Shown: positions 20,362-32,075 of the stretch, one piece after another | Numbering within the stretch: position 1 is the first letter of the stretch | How the letters are laid out: each line of letters begins with the position of its first letter | Assembly (NCBI GenBank): GCA_963771355.1 | Contig: CAVYTA010000005.1 | Span: forward strand, 480,001-544,000 | DNA length: 64,000 bases | Origin: an uncultured Candidatus Rokubacteria bacterium | GTDB lineage: Bacteria > Methylomirabilota > Methylomirabilia > Rokubacteriales > CSP1-6 | Reading direction: 5' to 3' | Notes under the pieces: generated by a model | The model's input: only the letters and a program-made list of their open reading frames with translations | Databases searched by the model: none | Told to the model about the DNA's origin: nothing | Program-made: the position numbers and the translations under genes

Positions 20362-21324
20362 GTGCCCCCGGCCGCGCCTACGGTTGCGCCCTCGGAGGCG
20401 GAAGTCCGCGGGTATCTGAAGTCGTTGTCGAACTGGGGGCGGTGGGGCGCCGAGGACGAGCTCGGTACCATCAACCTGATCACGCCCGCCAAGCGGCAGG
20501 CGGCCGCGCGGCTCGTGAAAGATGGGGTGAGTGTCACCTGCGCCCGCCCCATCGCCACCGACATCACGCCTGACACCACCTTCCAGCCCCTGCGCTTCAT
20601 GGTGGATTCGGGCGAGGGCCGTGACGCGGTCAGCCCGGAGCGGGCCATCCAGCGCCGCGGGGCGTCCGAGTTCATCGGCATGGTGTTCCACGGCTACACC
20701 ATCACCCACGTGGACAGCCCCGCTCACTACTTCTGGGAGGGTCAGCTCTACAACGGGCGCTCGTGCAACCTCATCACCTCGCGCGAGGGTGCCACCGTCA
20801 ACTCCATCGAGGTGCTGCGCGACGGGGTCGTGAGCCGCGGCGTGCTGCTCGACGTGGCGCGACAGCGGGGCGTGCCGTACCTGGGACCGGGCGAGGGGGT
20901 CATGCCCGCGGACCTCGAGGCGGCCGAGCGCGCGCAGGAGGTGCGCGTGGAGCCGGGCGATCTCCTCCTGGTGCGCACGGGCTACTATGGCCGGCGGCTC
21001 AGCGAGGGGCCGGTGAACCCGCTGCAGGCCGGCAACCCGGCGCTCCACGTGGCGTGCTGCCCCTGGCTCCGGGAGCGCGGGGTGGCGATGATCGGCACCG
21101 ACACCCACAATGACGTGAGCCCGGCGCCGTACCCCGCTCTGGGCAACTCCTTCCACGTGGTGTGTCTCGTCGCCATGGGCCTCTGGCTGATCGACAACGG
21201 CAACCTCGAGGATCTCGCCCGTGCCTGCGCGGAGCGGAATCGCTGGGAGTTCCTCCTCACCGTGGCGCCGCTCCGGCTCAAGGGCGTGACCGGCTCGCCG
21301 GTCAACCCCATCGCGGTGTTCTGA
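20362..21324 (+). CDS. cyclase family metal-dependent hydrolase
   Basis: NWGRWG..DELGTIN, HG..ITHVDSPAH, GSPVNPIA. Confidence 0.88.
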   Translation: MPPAAPTVAPSEAEVRGYLKSLSNWGRWGAEDELGTINLITPAKRQAAARLVKDGVSVTCARPIATDITPDTTFQPLRFMVDSGEGRDAVSPERAIQRRGASEFIGMVFHGYTITHVDSPAHYFWEGQLYNGRSCNLITSREGATVNSIEVLRDGVVSRGVLLDVARQRGVPYLGPGEGVMPADLEAAERAQEVRVEPGDLLLVRTGYYGRRLSEGPVNPLQAGNPALHVACCPWLRERGVAMIGTDTHNDVSPAPYPALGNSFHVVCLVAMGLWLIDNGNLEDLARACAERNRWEFLLTVAPLRLKGVTGSPVNPIAVF

Positions 21325-21346
21325 CCGCGGGGACCCGCGGGCGCCG

Positions 21347-22216
21347 TTGAAGCGCCTCGCCCTGCTGCTCACCGCGCTCGTGGTGGTCGCGGGCGCGCTC
21401 TCCGTGTACTGGGTGGGCGGCCAGCTCGCCGCGCCCGCTCCGCGGGAGATCGGCGCGCCTCCCGCCGATCTGCCCGGCCGCGCGGTCAAGGTGCCGAGCC
21501 CGGCCGCCGGCGTGCTCAAGGGCTGGCTGGTGCCGGGCCGGCGCGACGCGGGCGCCGTGCTGCTGCTCCACGGCGTGCGCGCGAGTCGGCTCGAGATGCT
21601 GGGGCGCGCGCGCTTTCTCCATGCCCGCGGCTATACCGTGATGCTCTTCGACTCGCGCGCGCACGGCGAGAGCGGCGGCCAGCGCATCACCTTCGGCTAT
21701 CTCGAGAGCCTCGACGCGCGGGCGCTGCTGGGCGCGCTCCGCCAGGCCGCCCCCGGCGAGCGCCTCGGGGTGATCGGCATCTCGCTGGGCGGGGTGGCCT
21801 GCCTGGTGGGGCCTCAGCCGCTGCGCGTGCACGCGCTCGTGCTGGAGTCCGTGTATCCGACGCTCGAGGAGGCCATCGACAACCGGCTCGCGATACGGCT
21901 GGGCGCGCTGGGTCCACCGCTGGCCCCACTCCTGACGGTGCAGCTCCGGCCCCGGCTCGGCTTCGGGGTGGAGGACCTGCGGCCCATCGACTCGGTGGAC
22001 CGCGTGGGCGCGCCGCTCCTCGTGATCGCGGGCACCGAGGACCGGCACACGACCATCGTCCAGTCCCGGCGGCTCTTCGCGCGGGCACAGGCGCCCAAGG
22101 AGCTGTGGGAGGTGCCGGGCGCCGGCCACGTGAACTACCACCGCGCTGCGCCGGCGGAATACGAGGCCCGGGTGGGCGGCTTCCTGGCGCGCCACCTGCG
22201 CGACGCGCCCCGCTGA
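21347..22216 (+). CDS. membrane-anchored alpha/beta hydrolase
   Basis: LLHG, HGESGG, GISLGG, D and GAGH triad. Confidence 0.88.
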   Translation: MKRLALLLTALVVVAGALSVYWVGGQLAAPAPREIGAPPADLPGRAVKVPSPAAGVLKGWLVPGRRDAGAVLLLHGVRASRLEMLGRARFLHARGYTVMLFDSRAHGESGGQRITFGYLESLDARALLGALRQAAPGERLGVIGISLGGVACLVGPQPLRVHALVLESVYPTLEEAIDNRLAIRLGALGPPLAPLLTVQLRPRLGFGVEDLRPIDSVDRVGAPLLVIAGTEDRHTTIVQSRRLFARAQAPKELWEVPGAGHVNYHRAAPAEYEARVGGFLARHLRDAPR

Positions 22217-22271
22217 GGAGCCCGCCCGAGGGGGGGTACCGCTGGGCGATCCCTCAGGGTATGATCCGCCC

Positions 22272-22490
22272 ATGCACTCCCTCCGGCAGGGACTGGGCTG
22301 GCTCATGATGACCGCGGCGGGGCTCGTCCTGTTCGTGAGCGTGCTGGCGGTGCTCGAGCAGCTGGGCTGGGGACACTCGGAGGAGCTCGATCCGCTCGTG
22401 GTCGTGACCATGGTCGGAATCTTCGGGGCCGGCGTGGGACTGGGAGCGCTGGGCGTCTATTTCGCGTTCTCCTGGCGCCGGGCCGGCTGA
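22272..22490 (+). CDS. small two-TM hypothetical protein (probably leaderless)
   Basis: Two hydrophobic helices; TATGAT lies 6 nt before the ATG. Confidence 0.6.
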   Translation: MHSLRQGLGWLMMTAAGLVLFVSVLAVLEQLGWGHSEELDPLVVVTMVGIFGAGVGLGALGVYFAFSWRRAG

Positions 22491-22553
22491 ATACCGGTCG
22501 CGCGGCGCCCGAGAAAATTCTGACCCTCCTACCCCCTCGGGTATAATGCCGCC

Positions 22554-22904
22554 ATGACGAATCCCATGACGACTCATCGCTCCGTGCTGCGTCTCTTCGC
22601 CGTCATGCTCGTCGTCGTGATCGCGGGAACGCTCGCGGCGCCCGCGCGCGCGGAAGCGGTAGACTTCTTCGTCATCAGCGCCATCATAAGCGCCGCCGTG
22701 GTCGTGCTCATCGTCGTCGTGTATCTCATCGTCGCCAATACCAGGGGTTCCAAGATGGACGACTCCAAGGGCCCCGAGCCGGTCAAGGTCGCGTGCGTGG
22801 AGTCGGAGACGCAGCCGCGCACGTGCTGGGCGGTGGACAATCCGGAACAGACCGTGAGCTGGGACTCCGTCGTCGTCGTGTCGCAGCTGCAGCCGCAGAG
22901 CTGA
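22554..22904 (+). CDS. hypothetical membrane protein (probably leaderless)
   Basis: Signal-like segment plus TM plus a Cys pair; TATAAT lies 6 nt before the ATG. Confidence 0.65.
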   Translation: MTNPMTTHRSVLRLFAVMLVVVIAGTLAAPARAEAVDFFVISAIISAAVVVLIVVVYLIVANTRGSKMDDSKGPEPVKVACVESETQPRTCWAVDNPEQTVSWDSVVVVSQLQPQS

Positions 22905-22954
22905 GCCGCCGCGCCTACCGCTGACCCGCTCGCCCCACTCCTGAGAGGAGAGTC

Positions 22955-24634
<1,680 letters not shown>

Positions 24635-24643
24635 GGGACGGCG

Positions 24644-25138
24644 TCAGTTCCGCTTCGCGCGGGCGAGGTCGAGCAGGACCAGCGACCAGCCGATGGTGCG
24701 GAGCTGCTCGTCCATGGCGGAGCGGGAGCGGCGCTCGTTGCGGCGCCGGTCGAGCATGGGGGAGTTCTTCTTCTCGCGCCGCTGGCTCACCCGCCGGTCG
24801 AGGATGACCTGCACGGTCTCGTGACCCGCGAAGGCCCGCTTGATCTCCTCGTACAGCTCGCGCCGGTGCCGCGCCACCACCAGCAGATGCTTGGCGATGG
24901 CCACGTCCTCCGCCGTTCGCCGGATGGCCACCCGGCGCGGCCCATTGCCATTGGTCCGATGCCCGCGCGTGGCCGGCCCGGTCTCGAGAAAGCGCCCGAG
25001 CGGGCTCCACGTGCTGCTGCCGCAGGCGGGGCAGGTGGAGTAGCCCAGCTCGAAGCACTCGTCGCAGTCCAGGCACAGGGCGAGCTTTCGAAGGGGAAGA
25101 TGGATGCCGGTAGCCAGGACACGAGCGCGAGTAAGCAT
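24644..25138 (-). CDS. hypothetical protein: Zn-ribbon plus Arg-rich DRR...RR domain
   Basis: CLDC..CF....TCPACGS; VILDRRVSQRR...DRRRNERR; RBS GGAGG. Confidence 0.7.
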   Translation of the reverse strand: MLTRARVLATGIHLPLRKLALCLDCDECFELGYSTCPACGSSTWSPLGRFLETGPATRGHRTNGNGPRRVAIRRTAEDVAIAKHLLVVARHRRELYEEIKRAFAGHETVQVILDRRVSQRREKKNSPMLDRRRNERRSRSAMDEQLRTIGWSLVLLDLARAKRN

Positions 25139-25167
25139 GGACGCCTACACCTCCGGCGCCGTACGCA

Positions 25168-25298
25168 AGCAAGAGTCGATCCAGCAAACCGGGTGTTTGA
25201 AATATCAACTACTTGGAAAACGAGCCCTCGCGGCCTGTGTGCGGAAATTGTCGGACCCGCTACCAGAAGGGGGAACGCATGTCGTCCGCCCGCCGACA
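25168..25298 (-). promoter_or_regulatory. sigma54 promoter + IHF site + putative activator palindrome
   Basis: Minus-strand CTGGATCGACTCTTGCT (GG-N10-GC, 25184-25168); TATCAACTACTTG (25203-25215) is a perfect WATCAANNNNTTR; TGTCG-N9-CGACA (25280-25298). Confidence 0.7.
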
Positions 25299-25325
25299 GT
25301 CTGTTTCTACCCGGTAAAAGCCCGG

Positions 25326-25847
25326 TCAGCCCCCCGGCCGCTCGAACGTGAAGAAGAGGAAGTCGATGTCGCCGGGCGAGTAGCCGAGGTCGGTGAGGAG
25401 CGCGGCCGTCTCGCCGCGGTGGTACTGGGAGTGCAGCAGCACCTGGAGCAGGTAGATCCCCAGCGGCAGCTTGCCCGGCCACTGGTACTGGGGCTCGCTC
25501 CACCGCCCGACGGTGAGCCCGGCGGCCAGCTCGCGCCACCCCTGGTGGCCGCGCCGGAACGCGTCCCGTACGCCCGCGCGCGACTCGAGGTCCACGCCGG
25601 AGGCCGCGATCGCGGCGCCGGCGGCGGCGTCGGTGGCCCGGCCCTCGAAGGCGGCGAGGTAGCCGAGCTGCACATAGGCGACGTGCCGGAGCTGGCCGAA
25701 GATGCTGCCGTGCCCGGCGCCGGTCAACGGACGGTGGTAGGCCTCATCGGGCACGCGGTCGGAGGTCGAGAGGATGCGCTCGTTGGCCCACTCGTTGTAG
25801 TCCACGAGCGTCCGGGCGAGGCTCAGCGAATCGACGGCGTCGCGCAC
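25326..25847 (-). CDS. DinB family protein
   Basis: YNEWANER, SI...LRH, H..YHRGE. Confidence 0.85.
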   Translation of the reverse strand: MRDAVDSLSLARTLVDYNEWANERILSTSDRVPDEAYHRPLTGAGHGSIFGQLRHVAYVQLGYLAAFEGRATDAAAGAAIAASGVDLESRAGVRDAFRRGHQGWRELAAGLTVGRWSEPQYQWPGKLPLGIYLLQVLLHSQYHRGETAALLTDLGYSPGDIDFLFFTFERPGG

Positions 25848-25863
25848 GCGCGGGCTCCGCGGG

Positions 25864-26562
25864 TCAGGCGAGGTCGAAGAGGAGCAGCTCGGTCGGCTCG
25901 TCGGCGCGGATCTCGAGCGCGCCCTCGTTCTCGACGGCGGCCCCGTCGCCGGTCACGAGCGCGGTGCCGTTCACGGTGGCAGCACCGGAGACGAGATGCA
26001 GCCACGCGCCGCGGCCAGGGGCGAGCGGGTGCCGCACCGTCTGGCCCCCGTCCAGCAGGCTCGCGTACACCCGCGCGTCCTGATGGATGGTCACCGAGCC
26101 CTCGGCGGCGTCGCGCGAGGCGATGAGGCGAAGCCGGCCGCGCTTCTCCTCGGCGGGAAACCTCTTCTCCTCGTAGCCGGGGGCGATCCCGCGCTGCTCG
26201 GGGAGGATCCAGATCTGGAGCAGATGGACCGGCTCCTCCTCGGAGCCGTTGTACTCGCTGTGGGTCACGCCCGTGCCCGCGCTCATGCGCTGCACGTCGC
26301 CGGGCCGGATCACCGAGCCGTTGCCCATGCTGTCCTTGTGGCCGAGGGCGCCGGCCAGGACATAGGTGATGATCTCCATGTCCCGGTGGGAGTGCGGGGG
26401 AAAGCCCGCCTTCGGGTCCACGCGATCCTCGTTGATGACGCGCAGGGAGCGAAAGCCCATGTGGGCGGGGTCGTGGTATTCCGAGAACGAGAACGAATGG
26501 TAGGTGTCGAGCCACCCGTGGTCGAAGTGTCCGCGCTCCTTGGCCGGCCGCCGCGTGATCAT
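25864..26562 (-). CDS. pirin family protein (YhhW-like)
   Basis: [32 protein letters not shown]. Confidence 0.92.
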   Translation of the reverse strand: MITRRPAKERGHFDHGWLDTYHSFSFSEYHDPAHMGFRSLRVINEDRVDPKAGFPPHSHRDMEIITYVLAGALGHKDSMGNGSVIRPGDVQRMSAGTGVTHSEYNGSEEEPVHLLQIWILPEQRGIAPGYEEKRFPAEEKRGRLRLIASRDAAEGSVTIHQDARVYASLLDGGQTVRHPLAPGRGAWLHLVSGAATVNGTALVTGDGAAVENEGALEIRADEPTELLLFDLA

Positions 26563-26608
26563 GTCGGGTTGTCCCTCCCCCTCCAGCCTCTCACGCCGCG
26601 CAACCGCA

Positions 26609-27376
26609 CTAGCGCGGCTGCATGCGGATGGCACCGTCCAGGCGAATGGTCTCGCCGTTGAGCATCGCGTTCTCCACGATGTGGGCGGCGAGCGCGCCGT
26701 ATTCGGCGGGACGGCCGAGGCGCGGGGGGAAGGGGACCTGCTTGCCCAGCGACATCCGCGCGGGCTCGGGCAACCCGGCCAGCAGCGGAGTGTCGAAGAG
26801 GCCGGGCGCGATGGTGCACACGCGGATGCCGAGCTCGGCGAGGTCGCGCGCGATGGGCAGCGTCATGCCCACGATGCCGCCCTTGGAGGCGGAGTAGGCG
26901 GCCTGCCCGATCTGGCCGTCGAAAGCCGCCACCGAGGCGGTGTTGACGATCACGCCGCGCTCGCCCTCCGCGCTGGGCGCGTTCTTCGCCATGTGGGCGG
27001 CGGCGAGGCGAATGCAGTTGAAGGTGCCGATCAGGTTGACGTGGATCACCCGCGTGAAGCCGGCGAGGTCGGCGGCGCCGCGCTTGCCGAAGGTCTTGTC
27101 GGCGGCGCCGATGCCGGCGCAGTTGACCAGGACGTGCAGCGCGCCGAAGCGCGCGACGGCGGCGTCCAGGGCGGCGGTGACGTCGTCCGCGCTGGTGACG
27201 TCGGCGGCGGCGAAGAGCACGCGATCGCCCAGCTCCTTGGCCACGTCCGCTCCCGCGGAGCGCGCCAGGTCCAGCAGCACCACGCGCCCGCCGGAGGCGA
27301 GGAGGCGCTCGGCGGTGGCCCGGCCCAGGCCCGAGGCGCCGCCGGTGATCACCGCGATGGCATCCGAGATCCGCAT
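26609..27376 (-). CDS. SDR, 3-hydroxyacyl-CoA dehydrogenase type II-like
   Basis: [33 protein letters not shown]. Confidence 0.92.
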   Translation of the reverse strand: MRISDAIAVITGGASGLGRATAERLLASGGRVVLLDLARSAGADVAKELGDRVLFAAADVTSADDVTAALDAAVARFGALHVLVNCAGIGAADKTFGKRGAADLAGFTRVIHVNLIGTFNCIRLAAAHMAKNAPSAEGERGVIVNTASVAAFDGQIGQAAYSASKGGIVGMTLPIARDLAELGIRVCTIAPGLFDTPLLAGLPEPARMSLGKQVPFPPRLGRPAEYGALAAHIVENAMLNGETIRLDGAIRMQPR

Positions 27377-27468
27377 GGGGGCACTCCTCCTCGAGGCGGT
27401 GTTGGCGACGGCGCCGTAGTATAACAGAGAGGCATGCCCGACTCGTGCCTCCGCCGGCCCCTCTGCCC

Positions 27469-28608
27469 ATGAGTGACGCGCCCCGCTGGATCCGCACCCC
27501 CGACGACATGGGGCGCCTCGCTGCCACGCTCGCGCGGGCGCGCGCCGTCTCGATCGACACCGAGGCGGACAGCCTGCACCACTATCCGGGCAAGCTCTGC
27601 CTCGTCCAGATCGCCACCGCCGCGGGCGAGGGGCATCTGGTGGACCCGCTGCTCCTCGCCGACCTGTCCGCGCTGGGGCCTTGCCTGGCCGATCCCGGCA
27701 TCGTCAAGGTGCTCCACGCCGCCGACAACGACCTCGCGTACCTCAAGCGGCTGCACGCCTTCACGGTGGCGTCCCTCTTCGACACCGCGCTCGCCGCGCG
27801 CTTCCTCGGCGTCACCGCGCTGGGCCTCGACGAGCTGCTGAAGGCCTTCATCGGCGTGGATCCGGGGAAGTCGCGCCAGAAGGACGACTGGTCGCGCCGG
27901 CCGCTCACCGCCGAGCAGGAGACCTACGCGCTCAACGACGTGCTCCACCTCGACGCCCTGCGGGAGCGCCTCACCGAGGATCTACGCGCGAAGGGGCGGC
28001 TTGCCTGGCTCGAGGAGGAGTGCGCGGCGCTGGCGGCGCTCGCGGTGCCGGTGCGGGTGACGGATCCCGACGCGTACCTCGACCTCAAGGGCACCAAGGA
28101 CCTCGATCGCCGCGGCCTCGCCATCCTGCGTGAGCTCTTCCGCGAGCGGGAGCGCCTGGCGCTGGAGCTGGACCGGCCGCCCTTCATGGTCCTGAGCCAC
28201 GACACGCTGGTGCTCCTCGCCACGCGCCGGCCCCTGGATACCGCCGCGCTGCTCGAGGTCCCCGGGTGCACGGTCAAGGTGGAGCGCCGCTTCGGGACCG
28301 TCATCCTCGGCGCCATCGCGCGCGGGCTGGAAGTGCCCGAGGAGGAGCTGCCGGTGCGGACGCCCCGGCCGCGGCCCCACGTGCCCGCCCTCGTGCGCCG
28401 CCGCATCGAGAACCTGCGTGCCTGGCGCACCAAGGCGGCGACCGCGCTCGGCCTCGATCCCGGCTTCTTCTTCCCTCAGCGCCTCATCGACCGGCTTGCC
28501 TCCGACCCGCCCGCCGACGTCGAGGCGCTGGCCCGCACCGACGGCGTCCGCCGCTGGCGCGCCGAGGTGGGCGGCCCCGAGCTGCTCCAGGTCCTGCGCA
28601 CCGCCTGA
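27469..28608 (+). CDS. rnd: ribonuclease D (DEDDy exonuclease + HRDC)
   Basis: DTEAD, LHAADND, FDT, DWSRRPL, YALND; start uncertain (27445 or 27469). Confidence 0.88.
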   Translation: MSDAPRWIRTPDDMGRLAATLARARAVSIDTEADSLHHYPGKLCLVQIATAAGEGHLVDPLLLADLSALGPCLADPGIVKVLHAADNDLAYLKRLHAFTVASLFDTALAARFLGVTALGLDELLKAFIGVDPGKSRQKDDWSRRPLTAEQETYALNDVLHLDALRERLTEDLRAKGRLAWLEEECAALAALAVPVRVTDPDAYLDLKGTKDLDRRGLAILRELFRERERLALELDRPPFMVLSHDTLVLLATRRPLDTAALLEVPGCTVKVERRFGTVILGAIARGLEVPEEELPVRTPRPRPHVPALVRRRIENLRAWRTKAATALGLDPGFFFPQRLIDRLASDPPADVEALARTDGVRRWRAEVGGPELLQVLRTA

Positions 28609-28728
28609 CCCCCGCTTGCCGAGCCCCGGGGTTGGTGGTACCCCTGGGGCAGGAGCGCGGCCCCTCAGGGGCCACGGACTCCGGGTATCCCGGACAATGT
28701 CGTCCCGTTCGGACATGGAGGACGCGCT

Positions 28729-29688
28729 ATGACCTCCCGTCCACGTTACCTCCGCGAAGGCATCATCGGCGGCCTCCTCGGCGCGACCCTCGTCGCCGTC
28801 TGGTTCCTCATCTATGACGCAGCGCGTGGCCGCCCCTTCCGAACACCGGCGCTGCTGGGCGCGGCCACCTTCCAGGGCGTCACCGATCCCTCCACGGTGC
28901 CGATGGCGCCGCACCTGGTCGCGCAGTACACCGTGCTCCACGGCGTGGTCTTTGCCCTCATCGGGATCATCATCGCGTCCCTGATCTGGTCGGCCCAGAG
29001 CCAGCCGGGGCGGCTCCTCACCCTCGTCCTCGTGGTGCTCTGCTTCGAGGTGTTCTTCCTCGCGGTGGTGACGGCGCTGGCCCGACCCGTGCTGGGCGAC
29101 GTGGAATGGTGGGCCATCCTGGTCGCCAATGCGCTGGCCGCGGCGGGCATGCTCGCGTACTTCTTCGTCGGCCACCGCGCCCTCGGCCGGGTGCTCCTCG
29201 GACCGTGGACGCATGTGTTCCGCGAGGGGCTCATGGCCGGGCTCTTCGGCGCTATCGCGGTGGCGCTGTGGTTCCTCGCCATCGACACCGCCGCCGGCGT
29301 GCCGCTGCGCACGCCGGCGCTGCTCGGCGCGGCGGTGCTGGAGGGGCTCCGCGACCCGTGGGCGGTGGTGGTGACGTGGCCGCTGGTGCTGAAGTACACG
29401 CTCATCCACGGGGCGGCCTTCGTCGCCTTCGGCTGGTTCACGGCGGGGCTGCTCGCGCTCGCCGACCGCGAGCCCCGGCTCCTCTTCGCCTTCTTCATGC
29501 TCTTCTGCTGCTTCGAGGTGTTCTTCCTGGTGATGCTGATGATTCTCGCCGAATGGCTCTTCGAGGCGCTGGCGTGGTGGAATATCCTCGCGGCGAATCT
29601 CCTGGCCGCGCTGGTCATGCTCGGCTACTTCTTCCGCGGCCACCGCGTGGCGTGGCGCGCGTTCCTGTCCGCGGGGGAGGAGAGCTAG
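28729..29688 (+). CDS. integral membrane protein made of two ~156-aa internal repeats
   Basis: REG..WF..D...G.P.RTPALLG...YT..HG...FEVFF...WW.IL.AN...YFF.GHR occurs twice. Confidence 0.8.
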   Translation: MTSRPRYLREGIIGGLLGATLVAVWFLIYDAARGRPFRTPALLGAATFQGVTDPSTVPMAPHLVAQYTVLHGVVFALIGIIIASLIWSAQSQPGRLLTLVLVVLCFEVFFLAVVTALARPVLGDVEWWAILVANALAAAGMLAYFFVGHRALGRVLLGPWTHVFREGLMAGLFGAIAVALWFLAIDTAAGVPLRTPALLGAAVLEGLRDPWAVVVTWPLVLKYTLIHGAAFVAFGWFTAGLLALADREPRLLFAFFMLFCCFEVFFLVMLMILAEWLFEALAWWNILAANLLAALVMLGYFFRGHRVAWRAFLSAGEES

Positions 29689-30935
29689 CGGCGCGGACGC
29701 TCCGCCGCGCTCCCGGTGGGAAGCTCGTCGAAGGGCAGCTCCTTGTCCACCCGCACGTCGGCGGGCAGCCCCAGCACGCGCTCGGCGATGATGTTGCGGA
29801 GGATCTCGTCGGTGCCGCCGGCGATGCGGGCGCCCGGGGCGGCGAGGAGCGCCTCCTGGAAGGCGGCCCGCATGGGGCTCAGCCCGGCATCCAGCATGAC
29901 GCCGCCCATGTCCTGAAGATCCAGGGCGAACGAGGCGATGTCCTGGAGCTTGCTCGCGCTGACCACCTTCGCGATCGAGGCCTCCGGCCCCGGCGTCTCC
30001 CCACGCGAGAGCGCGGTCATGGTGCGGAAGCGCGTGTAGCGGAGGCCCTGCTGGCGCACGTACCAGTCCGCCAGCCGCTCGCGCACGGCGGCATTCTCGA
30101 TGGCGGGGCCGTCGGGCAGCTCGGTGTCGCGGACGAGGGCGAACACCTCGTCGAAATCCGGCCCGGCCACGTCGCCCACCGCCAGGCGCTCGTTCATCAG
30201 CGTGGTGATGGAGACGCCCCAGCCCTGGCCCACCGCGCCGAGGCGCTGCGTGTCGGGAACCCGCACATCGGTGAAGTAGACCTCGTTGAAGTTCGAGGCG
30301 CCGGACACCTGCTTGATGCGGCGGACCTCGATGCCGGGCGCGTGCATGTCGAGGAAGAAGAAGGTGAGCCCCTTGTGCTTGGGCGCGCGGGGATCGCTCC
30401 GGGTGACGATGATGCCCCAGTCCGCGAAGTGCGCGCCCGAGGTCCAGATCTTCTGGCCGTTGATGACCCACTCCCCGCCGTCCTTCACCGCGCGCGTGCG
30501 GAGGCCGGCGAGATCCGACCCCGCCGCGGGCTCGGAGAAGAGCTGGCACCAGATCTCCTCGCCGGCCAGGGCCTTCGGCGTGTAGCGCTGCTTCTGCGCC
30601 TCCGTCGCGTAGGCGTGTAGCGTGGGGATACACATGCCGAGCCCGATCTCGAAGTAGCCGCGCGGAACCAGGAAGCGCGCCTCCTCCTGGTTGTAGACCA
30701 CCTGCTGGATGGGCGTGCCGCCGCGGCCGCCGTATTCAGGGGCCCAGGTGATGGCGGCGAGCCCGGCGGCATGCTTCTTCGCCTGCCAGGCCTTGGCCCG
30801 CGCGAGCCCGTCGGCCTCGCCGTAGCGCGCCTTCCACGTCTCCCCCGCATAGGTCCGGCGCTCGGCATTCGCCTCCAGCCACGCGCGCGCTTCCCGGCGG
30901 AACTGCGCTTCCTGGGGGGAATCTGCGAAGTCCAT
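29685..30935 (-). CDS. acyl-CoA dehydrogenase
   Basis: WCQLFSEPAAGSDL, NGQKIWTS, IAGGTDEI. Confidence 0.92.
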   Translation of the reverse strand: MDFADSPQEAQFRREARAWLEANAERRTYAGETWKARYGEADGLARAKAWQAKKHAAGLAAITWAPEYGGRGGTPIQQVVYNQEEARFLVPRGYFEIGLGMCIPTLHAYATEAQKQRYTPKALAGEEIWCQLFSEPAAGSDLAGLRTRAVKDGGEWVINGQKIWTSGAHFADWGIIVTRSDPRAPKHKGLTFFFLDMHAPGIEVRRIKQVSGASNFNEVYFTDVRVPDTQRLGAVGQGWGVSITTLMNERLAVGDVAGPDFDEVFALVRDTELPDGPAIENAAVRERLADWYVRQQGLRYTRFRTMTALSRGETPGPEASIAKVVSASKLQDIASFALDLQDMGGVMLDAGLSPMRAAFQEALLAAPGARIAGGTDEILRNIIAERVLGLPADVRVDKELPFDELPTGSAAERPRR

Positions 30936-32066
30936 TTATGTCACCGCCTGCGCCCGGGCAAGGAGGCGCGTGATGAGCTTGTCTTTCCAGCGCGCGGTGC
31001 TGCCGAGGGTCAGCGCGAGCAGCTTGGCGCGGCGATAGTACATGTGGCAGTCGAACTCCCAGGTGAAGCCCATGCCGCCGTGGGTCTGGATATTCTCCTT
31101 GGCGGCGTGGAAGAAGGCCTCGCTCGCGGCCACCCGCGCCGCCGCCGCCGCCACCGGCAGCTCGGCGGCCTCGGTGGACAGCGCCCAGGCGGCGTAGTAG
31201 GCGTTGGAGCGCGCCAGCTCGACGGCGACGTACACGTCGGCGAGCTTGTGCTTGATGGCCTGGAAGGAGCCGATGGGCCGGCCGAAGGCGAAGCGGCCGA
31301 GCGCATAGTCGCGTCCCATCTCGAGCGCGGCCTGCGCCCCGCCCACCTGCTCGAAGGCCACGAGCACGGCGGCGCGATCGAGCAGCCGCTCGACCAGCGG
31401 CCAGCCGGCGCCGGCGGGGCCGAGGGGCTCGGCGGCGGCGCCCTCGAAGGTGATCCGCGCGTGCGAGCGCGTGGGATCCACGGTGGCGACCGGGGCGCGC
31501 GTCACGCCGCCCGCTCCCAGCTCCGCGAGGTAAAGCGACACGGCGGCGGGCGGCCCCTCCGCTGCTTTCGCGGCGACGATGGCGAAGTCCGCCACGTCGC
31601 CGTCGGGCACCGGCAGCTTGGTGCCGCTGAGGCGGCCGTCGCGGGCCACCGTCGCGAGGGCGCCCGGATGCGGCGCCTGCGGGCCCTCGGCCAGCGCGAA
31701 GCAGCCGATGGCCTCGCCCAGGGCCAGGCGCGGGAGCCACCGCTTCTGCTGCTCCGGGGAGCCGGCGAGGAGCAGCGCCTCGGTGGCCAGGTAGACCGAC
31801 GACGAGAAGGGCGTGGGGGCGAGGCTGCGGCCGAGCTCTTCGGCCAGCACGCAGAGCTCGAGATAGCCGAAGCCTGCGCCCCCGTGGCTCTCCGGAATCG
31901 CGGTGCCCATCCACGCGAGCTCGGCCATTCCGCGCCAGAGCTCGCGATCGTAGGGCTCATCCGACTCGAGGATGCGCCGCACCCGGGCGGGCGCGGCGCG
32001 ATCCGCGAGAAACTTGCGGGCCTGGTCGCGGAGGGCCTGCTGCTCCTCCGAGAAGGCGAAATTCAC
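30936..32066 (-). CDS. acyl-CoA dehydrogenase (partner subunit)
   Basis: FGRPIGSFQAIKH, HGGMGFTWE. Confidence 0.92.
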   Translation of the reverse strand: MNFAFSEEQQALRDQARKFLADRAAPARVRRILESDEPYDRELWRGMAELAWMGTAIPESHGGAGFGYLELCVLAEELGRSLAPTPFSSSVYLATEALLLAGSPEQQKRWLPRLALGEAIGCFALAEGPQAPHPGALATVARDGRLSGTKLPVPDGDVADFAIVAAKAAEGPPAAVSLYLAELGAGGVTRAPVATVDPTRSHARITFEGAAAEPLGPAGAGWPLVERLLDRAAVLVAFEQVGGAQAALEMGRDYALGRFAFGRPIGSFQAIKHKLADVYVAVELARSNAYYAAWALSTEAAELPVAAAAARVAASEAFFHAAKENIQTHGGMGFTWEFDCHMYYRRAKLLALTLGSTARWKDKLITRLLARAQAVT

Positions 32067-32075
32067 CGGGCCGCC

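Noticed and set aside
28609..28690. Two GC hairpins after rnd as a possible ncRNA or riboswitch
   Set aside because: I recognise no family motif; they are compatible with a terminator or chance in GC-rich DNA.
27982..30633. Long alternative-frame ORFs (for example 883 aa here, 19363..21519 and 9673..11781)
   Set aside because: They are Arg/Pro/Gly-rich shadows over well-supported genes, as expected at high GC.
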